This document shows positions 8,471 to 13,818 of a DNA stretch of 32,000 bases, one piece after another; within the stretch, counting starts at the first letter, position 1; each line of letters starts with the position of its first letter. The translations under genes were made by a program, and so were the position numbers. This stretch comes from Xylanibacter ruminicola 23. Its GTDB lineage: Bacteria > Bacteroidota > Bacteroidia > Bacteroidales > Bacteroidaceae. The DNA is taken from assembly GCF_000025925.1 (NCBI RefSeq), contig NC_014033.1, forward strand, positions 2,910,001 to 2,942,000. Reading direction: 5' to 3'. The notes beneath the pieces are model-generated. The model was not told the DNA's origin, made no database searches, and saw nothing but the letters and a program-made list of their open reading frames with translations.

Positions 8471-9769
8471 ATGGACGATTTAATAGTCGACATAAAGCTA
8501 TGGGGGAAAATGGTAGGCTCGCTGGCATGGGATAATGCTGCGGGTATGGCAGTGTTTGAATACGATAATGACTTTAGGCGTAATGGTATCGAACCCGCTC
8601 CTCTCACAATGCCATTATCTTTGGGAAATCGCCCTTTCTCTTTTCCCGCAAATAGAACAGACTGTTTTAAAGGTCTACCAGGATTAATTGCTGATGCTCT
8701 GCCAGATAAATTCGGAAATCAGATTATTACAGAGTGGTTTACTCGTCAGGGATTGCCTATAGGCGAGATAACACCATTAGAACGATTGTGCTATGTAGGA
8801 CAGCGGGCTATGGGAGCCCTGGAATTTGAGCCAAGCAAGGCTTCTGACGTACTGAACGAGTCGACCGAGATTTATATCGACGAGTTAACACGATTGGCCG
8901 AGGATATATTTACAAAGCGCGAATCCTTTCAGGAACGCATGTTCCAGCAAGACAAGACTATACTCGATATTCTGCGTGTCGGTACATCGGCTGGTGGTGC
9001 TAAACCCAAAGCAATTATAGCCTACAACGAACAAACAAACGAAGTCCGCTCAGGACAGGTTAAAGCCCCTGATGGTTTTGGCTATTGGCTGCTTAAGTTT
9101 GATGGTGTTACATACTCAGAGCATGGTTCGATAATGGAAAATCCCCAGGGAATTGGAAATGTAGAGTATGCATATTATCAAATGGCCAAAGCTTGCGGCA
9201 TAGATATGGCAGAGTGCAGATTGCTTACCGAAGGTGATAATCATCACTTTATGACTCGCCGTTTTGATCGTACCAACGATGGCGAAAAGATTCATATGCA
9301 GACGGTTGCAGGTCTGGCCCATCTCGACAGAGATCAACGCCATTCGTACGAAGAGATCTTCGGCATTATCCGTAAGATGAATCTTAATATGGATGCCACG
9401 CTACAACTGTATCGCAGGATGGTATTTAACGTAGTAGCCAGAAATAACGATGACCACACCAAGAATTTCTCGTTCCTGATGGATCGCCAAGGCAAATGGG
9501 AGTTAGCTCCTGCCTATGATCTATGCTATTCATATAAACCAGGCGGAAGATGGGTAGGACAACATCAGTTATCGCTTAATGGTAAACAAGACGAACATAC
9601 ACGCCAAGACCTGCTTACTGTTGGCGAAAAGATGGGAATCCGTCGTAGTTCAGAGATTATCGACGAGGTGATTGATGCAGTTAGCCATTGGCGTACTATC
9701 GCTCAAGACTCTGGCGTAAAAGATAGTCATATCACAGAAATAGAAAACAATCTTCTGCTATTGGCATAA
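8471..9769 (+). CDS. hipA: HipA-family serine/threonine kinase toxin
   Basis: HipA N-terminal coupling region (VGSLAWDN...FEYD), then GTSAGGAKPKA and NNDDHTKNFSFL catalytic-loop-like motifs. The length of 432 aa is typical. Confidence 0.9.
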   Translation: MDDLIVDIKLWGKMVGSLAWDNAAGMAVFEYDNDFRRNGIEPAPLTMPLSLGNRPFSFPANRTDCFKGLPGLIADALPDKFGNQIITEWFTRQGLPIGEITPLERLCYVGQRAMGALEFEPSKASDVLNESTEIYIDELTRLAEDIFTKRESFQERMFQQDKTILDILRVGTSAGGAKPKAIIAYNEQTNEVRSGQVKAPDGFGYWLLKFDGVTYSEHGSIMENPQGIGNVEYAYYQMAKACGIDMAECRLLTEGDNHHFMTRRFDRTNDGEKIHMQTVAGLAHLDRDQRHSYEEIFGIIRKMNLNMDATLQLYRRMVFNVVARNNDDHTKNFSFLMDRQGKWELAPAYDLCYSYKPGGRWVGQHQLSLNGKQDEHTRQDLLTVGEKMGIRRSSEIIDEVIDAVSHWRTIAQDSGVKDSHITEIENNLLLLA

Positions 9770-9798
9770 TGCAACCGCGCAGAGAATAATAGATACTT

Positions 9799-9915
9799 AT
9801 GGAACAGAAATTCAGCAATAATAGTATTGACCTTCAGATGCTGCGTGAGTTTTGCGAGCGTGAAGGCGAACTTGTGGAATATCGCAAGGATATCACGTTC
9901 GAAACGAAAAAATAG
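9799..9915 (+). pseudogene. Crp/Fnr-family remnant, copy 3 (an in-frame 38-codon fusion of the gene start to its last 10 codons)
   Basis: MEQKFSNNSIDLQMLREFCEREGELVEYRKDITFETKK*. 9799-9847 matches 863-911 at 46 of 49 positions. 9883-9929 is identical to 1091-1137 over 47 nt. Confidence 0.6.
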
Positions 9916-9986
9916 CGCCACTTTCTTTAGTTCCTTTGATACCTCGCAGGTAGGATAAAGCTCTAAAAATCACCACCAAAACAAAG

Positions 9987-10002
9987 ATTTTTGTACAAAA
10001 AT
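9987..10002. repeat. Perfect 16-bp palindrome ATTTTTGTACAAAAAT
   Basis: Read directly. It is nested between caccaccaaa (9971-9980) and tttgtggtg (10019-10027), about 24 nt upstream of a near-consensus box TGACTTTG (10026-10033). Confidence 0.7.
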
Positions 10003-10267
10003 GCCACAATTATAAAAATTTGTGGTGACTTTGTACCGATTTCAAGAATAGAGTATGGCAATCTTGCCTGCACAGCATTAGTATTTTTACTATCAGGCTA
10101 CTTCGGCAAACACCCCATCATCCAATAATAAAAATGAGAAAGGCTATCATCTAATGTTAAAAACATGCAGTAAAATTAAATGATTGTGCGAATTGCTATT
10201 AGGTTATAAACATAAAACGACCCGCACATTTGAGCATCGTTGAGAGGCTTGGCGGGTTCTGGTGGTG

Positions 10268-10275
10268 CAAAGGTA
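10268..10275 (-). promoter_or_regulatory. Orphan -7 box TACCTTTG (minus strand)
   Basis: Consensus match with no ORF downstream. It is followed, in the leftward direction, by a 6-bp hairpin (acccgc/gcgggt) with a 26-nt loop, then CGTTTTATGTTT. Confidence 0.3.
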
Positions 10276-10360
10276 CATCAATATTTTGGAACTACCAATT
10301 TTTTTCGATTTTTTTAAATATATTAGTTTCTGGTAGTTCTCTGAAAATGATAAGAAAGTA

Positions 10361-10416
10361 TTGTCCCCAGTTCGTCCCCAGCATTTGTCCCAAGTCTATC
10401 CAAAACTTGTCCTCAG
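10361..10416 (+). repeat. Four imperfect direct repeats TYGTCCNNAG
   Basis: ttgtccccag (10361), tcgtccccag (10372), ttgtcccaag (10385) and ttgtcctcag (10407). Start-to-start spacing is 11, 13 and 22 nt. Confidence 0.6.
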
Positions 10417-10467
10417 CTCAATTCTACACAATTGGAGAAAGCAAAAAAATTCAGAGTAAACAAACAT

Positions 10468-10502
10468 AACGACCGCCAATATATAAATATATGGCGGTCG
10501 TT
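10468..10502. terminator. Bidirectional intrinsic terminator (11-bp perfect stem)
   Basis: aacgaccgcca / tggcggtcgtt with a 13-nt AT loop. It is T-rich on both sides and starts 5 nt after the stop of the 10507..11634 gene. Confidence 0.75.
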
Positions 10503-10506
10503 GTTT

Positions 10507-11634
10507 TTATTTTGAGCCCTTTCTCCTGTTACATTCGCGACATAGCATCTGACAGTTTTCTACAACTGTTCGACCTCCATCACGCCATGGCGTAATATGG
10601 TCGCCCTCCATAAACTCAAAGTCGAACTCTTTTCCGCAAATGGCACACTTATGTTCCTGGTTTTCCCATACTTTTAACTTGATATCTTCTGGGAACGCAC
10701 GCAAATCAAGATAGCGCTCATCACCAGTCAATACGTATGGAATAATACCTGATTGTTTCTGAATTTCACTATCACGTATAAGTGCTGATATTTGCTTACC
10801 AATAGCCACCGTATCAAGTGTCTTTGGGGGACCATAAGTATCGTAAAGCCAAGCCCAATCCAGACCTTTCATTATTTTCTTGTATTTCTTCAGGTCGAAA
10901 TTAGTAATAGCCCAATCTAACACATTCTGGAAGTACGACCACAAATTATTAGCATTAGGATCATGCTGATGAGCAGACATATAACTAACAGCCGACATAC
11001 GATGGCCTTGACGTGTTTCGTGATCTGCCATCCATACTAAAGCTGTTTTAAGGAAATCCTGACGGATAGGCGTACCGTTTACTAAGTCTTTACCCAAACG
11101 ATAAGCACCACAATTTGACTTTGAGAAGTGCCGTTTAGCATCAGAAACAAACGGACCAGCAAAGATTGCATTATTAATTTCCTGCTCGTTTAGCGGTTTA
11201 CCTGCAATATTAATGGTCTGGAACCACTCTAACTTCTCGCTGGCATCACCCTCACATACATATACTGTAAGTGGGTAATTTAATATCTTACGCTGAATAT
11301 CCTCAGGCTGATTGAAGAAATTCTTAAAATCATACGAGAACTTACCTGCAACATACTCACAGAGTGAGAGTGTGCGCTGCTGACCATCCATCACTTCGTA
11401 AGGACAATCGGCATCGTTACTTCGTTTTACCCAATACATCACGTTCAAGGGATAGCCATGCAATACCGTTGTGATTACAGCCTGCTGTTCCTTTTCGTTA
11501 TAGATAAACTCGCGCTGGTATGGTGGGCGTATATCAAGTTTACCATTATAACCACGAACACCTTGTTCGTCGTTATTGATGTAACCTTGAGTGATTTCAC
11601 CAACGGTTACTTCTCGTTGAGTAATTGTCATCAT
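10507..11634 (-). CDS. DUF262 (ParB/GmrS-like NTPase-nuclease domain) protein with a C-terminal HNH endonuclease
   Basis: DUF262 signatures RPPYQREFIY, DGQQR and FQTINIAGKPL. The C-terminal HNH zinc-finger region is CAICGK...GDHITPWRDGGRTVVENCQMLCRECNRRK. Confidence 0.85.
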   Translation of the reverse strand: MMTITQREVTVGEITQGYINNDEQGVRGYNGKLDIRPPYQREFIYNEKEQQAVITTVLHGYPLNVMYWVKRSNDADCPYEVMDGQQRTLSLCEYVAGKFSYDFKNFFNQPEDIQRKILNYPLTVYVCEGDASEKLEWFQTINIAGKPLNEQEINNAIFAGPFVSDAKRHFSKSNCGAYRLGKDLVNGTPIRQDFLKTALVWMADHETRQGHRMSAVSYMSAHQHDPNANNLWSYFQNVLDWAITNFDLKKYKKIMKGLDWAWLYDTYGPPKTLDTVAIGKQISALIRDSEIQKQSGIIPYVLTGDERYLDLRAFPEDIKLKVWENQEHKCAICGKEFDFEFMEGDHITPWRDGGRTVVENCQMLCRECNRRKGSK

Positions 11635-12746
11635 ATCGTTCTTGGTTTTTTGTTACGGATGAGAATACGGGAATATGGAACTTTGGGTAACCCGTTCTTC
11701 ATATAATATAGGTCTCCTGCAGCAGAGTGTCCTTTCATTAATCGCTTATGTTCTTTTGGGATACCTCCAACACCAATACTTTGACCTAGTGTACCACTTC
11801 CCAATCCAATTATTTCAAATTGATCAGGGTTGAATTGTCCTAATATCGTATCAGGAACGCCCATTACACCTTCATAATCATATGGAATATCCTGAACTTT
11901 ACCAACATCTATCGCGTCGAAATTGTTGTAATGAGGAAATTCCTCAGGTGAGTATTTACAAACCAAATCCAAAGTTTCATGACGTTTACTAATATCCAAA
12001 TTTGTATACCAGCATATTGCAGGAACTTTAATATAATTGTCATCAGGATTAAGTCCTTTAGACCTAACAAACTTTCGATTTGACTCTAACGTATTTTCAT
12101 ATGGAGCCTTGTATACAGCGGAGAAGTTAAAGTTAAACCCACACCACAATTTGTTTTGAGTGAATAATGGGAAGATTTCTGAATAATGCAGTGCACTCAT
12201 TCTGCCCATAACAATAAACTTCTTTTCGTATTTCATTAACTGACTTATGTATTCTCTAAATAGCGAGAATGGAGGATTAGTAACAACAATATCTGCCTCT
12301 TTCAGCAATTCTATACATTCTGGATCACGGAAATCTCCAGTCTTTAGGATGCTTATCACATTCTTGTCATTTTGCAAAAGATACTGCACGTCACTTAGGT
12401 CTACAGCTCCATCACCATTTAGGTCTTTAACCTCAGTAATTACAACTTTGTGAGCGACCTTCTTTGGCTCGTCCGAAAAATCTCCGAAATCAATCATCAG
12501 CTCATTTCCTTGTACTGGCGAGCCATTGTAGCAGGTACAAATCAGTTTCTTCAGCCCCAGTTGGTTGAATCGAAGGGCGAAGTACTTAAAGAAGTTACTC
12601 TCATAAGGATCATCGCAGTTACACAACACAACCTTATCACGGAAATGCGGCCAGTAGTGCTGCAACTCCCGTTCAATGTCGGTCATCTGCGTGTAAAACT
12701 CATCTTTCTTTGCTGTCTTTGCAGCATTAAGATTTTTGTTTGCCAT
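11631..12746 (-). CDS. N6-adenine DNA methyltransferase, EcoRI-methylase-like family
   Basis: N-terminal KKDEFYTQ...VLCNCDDP and catalytic motif IV VVTNPPFSLF. Its TGA stop overlaps the ATG of the downstream nuclease (ATGA, 11631-11634). Confidence 0.85.
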   Translation of the reverse strand: MANKNLNAAKTAKKDEFYTQMTDIERELQHYWPHFRDKVVLCNCDDPYESNFFKYFALRFNQLGLKKLICTCYNGSPVQGNELMIDFGDFSDEPKKVAHKVVITEVKDLNGDGAVDLSDVQYLLQNDKNVISILKTGDFRDPECIELLKEADIVVTNPPFSLFREYISQLMKYEKKFIVMGRMSALHYSEIFPLFTQNKLWCGFNFNFSAVYKAPYENTLESNRKFVRSKGLNPDDNYIKVPAICWYTNLDISKRHETLDLVCKYSPEEFPHYNNFDAIDVGKVQDIPYDYEGVMGVPDTILGQFNPDQFEIIGLGSGTLGQSIGVGGIPKEHKRLMKGHSAAGDLYYMKNGLPKVPYSRILIRNKKPRTI

Positions 12747-13025
12747 ACGCTATGCTTTTATGCGTATGCTTATCTTCGGAGGCAGGCTATAGGACACAAA
12801 TAAAGCATGGACGATCATCATCCACGCTTCAAAGGCCCTAGGAAGCCTACCAAACCAGATAAGTCACGCCCATGCATATCGCACAGACGTTTGCGACTTA
12901 TTCTTTCGGTTTGGACTTTCTTGAATTTCCTAGGTTCTTGAAGCAGTTCCGAATAACAGCAAACGCTTGTTAATTATTTACCCACATGTCACACCGGCCC
13001 TCCACTGAGGTTTGTGCCAGTGATC
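12747..13025 (-). promoter_or_regulatory. Long (about 275 nt) structured 5' leader of the methyltransferase operon
   Basis: This is the distance between the -7 box at 13031-13038 and the ATG at 12746. It contains mutually exclusive helices (12850-12865 or 12949-12966 pairing with 12886-12914) and a 23-codon uORF (12821 to 12750). Confidence 0.45.
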
Positions 13026-13030
13026 GGTTG

Positions 13031-13038
13031 CAAAGATA
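13031..13038 (-). promoter_or_regulatory. -7 box TATCTTTG (minus strand) for the methyltransferase operon
   Basis: The reverse complement of caaagata matches TAnnTTTG. It is the only consensus box I found between 12747 and 13215 on this strand. Confidence 0.5.
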
Positions 13039-13083
13039 CGGTGTTTTATCGAAATAAGCAAATTTTATGGGCTAAAATATGGA

Positions 13084-13109
13084 GCTGCACCTGTTTTGTG
13101 CAGTTTTTT
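13084..13109 (+). terminator. Plus-strand intrinsic-terminator-like hairpin with no plus-strand gene upstream
   Basis: (g)ctgcac-ctgtttt-gtgcag followed by TTTTTT. On the minus strand the run would be A's ahead of the stem, so it is directional. Confidence 0.5.
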
Positions 13110-13163
13110 ATATATCGCGATAAAAAATCAAAATGATTTTTTTGATATCCGCAAAAATGTTTG

Positions 13164-13171
13164 TATCTTTG
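13164..13171 (+). promoter_or_regulatory. -7 box TATCTTTG upstream of the 13216 gene
   Basis: TAnnTTTG match, 45 nt upstream of the ATG. Dyads at 13113-13122 and 13122-13142 cover the -33 region. Confidence 0.55.
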
Positions 13172-13215
13172 CAAGTGTAAATTATACAACTCAAAAACAT
13201 CGCACATTTTAATAT

Positions 13216-13674
13216 ATGAAAAAGATAGACAAAGCAATTAAAAGAATGAGCAGTGTTATAAAAACGCTGCATAAGACGGGTAGAAAGAACTGTAGTAACA
13301 ATTACACCTTCATATACGCGCCTGGTGCGCAGCATGTGGGGCCGATCGACACTCAGATTGTGATAGGCGAAAAGGCATTTGATTCGGATGATGAACAGGA
13401 AACAGAACTACCTGATTGCCTTGCTACCAAGGAGGCGATGCTGCTGTGGCAAAGTGCGATGGACAAAGGATGGGTAGATGAGAACTATCAACCCAAACTG
13501 TCGCGTACCTTGTCGGCTTTGCTGGCTTACGAGATGGCCAAGCGACTTAAAATCAAAGACAAATGGAAAACATTTGAGGAGCTTTGGCATCGTAATAACA
13601 TGCATAGCGATTACAATAAAGCATTAACTCAAAAACAGTCACTTGAATTCAAAGACGAACTAAAAAATTTATAA
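13216..13674 (+). CDS. Hypothetical protein (152 aa, no recognisable catalytic motif)
   Basis: Has its own promoter box and a strong terminator. An acidic linker (DSDDEQETE) precedes a helical C-terminal half (GWVDENYQPKLSRT...KWKTFEELW) that I loosely recall from Bacteroidales mobile-element genes. That recollection is unverified. Confidence 0.55.
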   Translation: MKKIDKAIKRMSSVIKTLHKTGRKNCSNNYTFIYAPGAQHVGPIDTQIVIGEKAFDSDDEQETELPDCLATKEAMLLWQSAMDKGWVDENYQPKLSRTLSALLAYEMAKRLKIKDKWKTFEELWHRNNMHSDYNKALTQKQSLEFKDELKNL

Positions 13675-13686
13675 AGTAGACAGCAA

Positions 13687-13721
13687 GTCCTGGTGCAAAC
13701 AAGCATCAGGACATTTTTTTT
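13687..13721 (+). terminator. Intrinsic terminator
   Basis: gtcctggtgc-aaacaa-gcatcaggac (10 bp, including one G-U pair), followed by A then T8. Confidence 0.8.
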
Positions 13722-13769
13722 ACTACCTCCGGAGGTACCCCAGTAGGTAGTTGGTATTAGCTTTTTAAT

Positions 13770-13777
13770 TATCTTTG
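13770..13777 (+). promoter_or_regulatory. -7 box TATCTTTG upstream of the vapE-like gene
   Basis: TAnnTTTG match, 42 nt upstream of the ATG at 13819. Confidence 0.55.
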
Positions 13778-13818
13778 CCACCGATTAAATATTACGTTTT
13801 ACCTATAACATAACTATT

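Noticed and set aside
10230-10469. 79-aa plus-strand ORF in the repeat-rich spacer
   Set aside because: It starts at TTG and has a low-complexity F/I/S-rich translation. It is read straight through the inverted repeat and the four TYGTCCNNAG repeats, and there is no upstream promoter box at a suitable distance. The DNA-level repeats explain this sequence better than coding does.
12807-12941. 44-codon plus-strand ORF (MDDHHPRFKGPRKPTKPDKSRPCISHRRLRLILSVWTFLNFLGS) as a possible type I toxin antisense to the MTase leader
   Set aside because: There is no plus-strand TAnnTTTG box upstream. The hydrophobic stretch is short (about 16 aa), and the ORF coincides with the inverted repeats that already explain the sequence. 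The evidence is too weak to call a gene.
12747-13050. MTase leader as a known housekeeping RNA (RNase P, tmRNA, SRP, 6S) or a known riboswitch
   Set aside because: The GAAAGTCC stretch on the minus strand lacks the GGAAAGUCCGGGC context and the other conserved RNase P regions. There is no tmRNA tag frame or tRNA-like end, and I recognised no B12-box, SAM or SAH core. It remains an unclassified structured leader (see findings).
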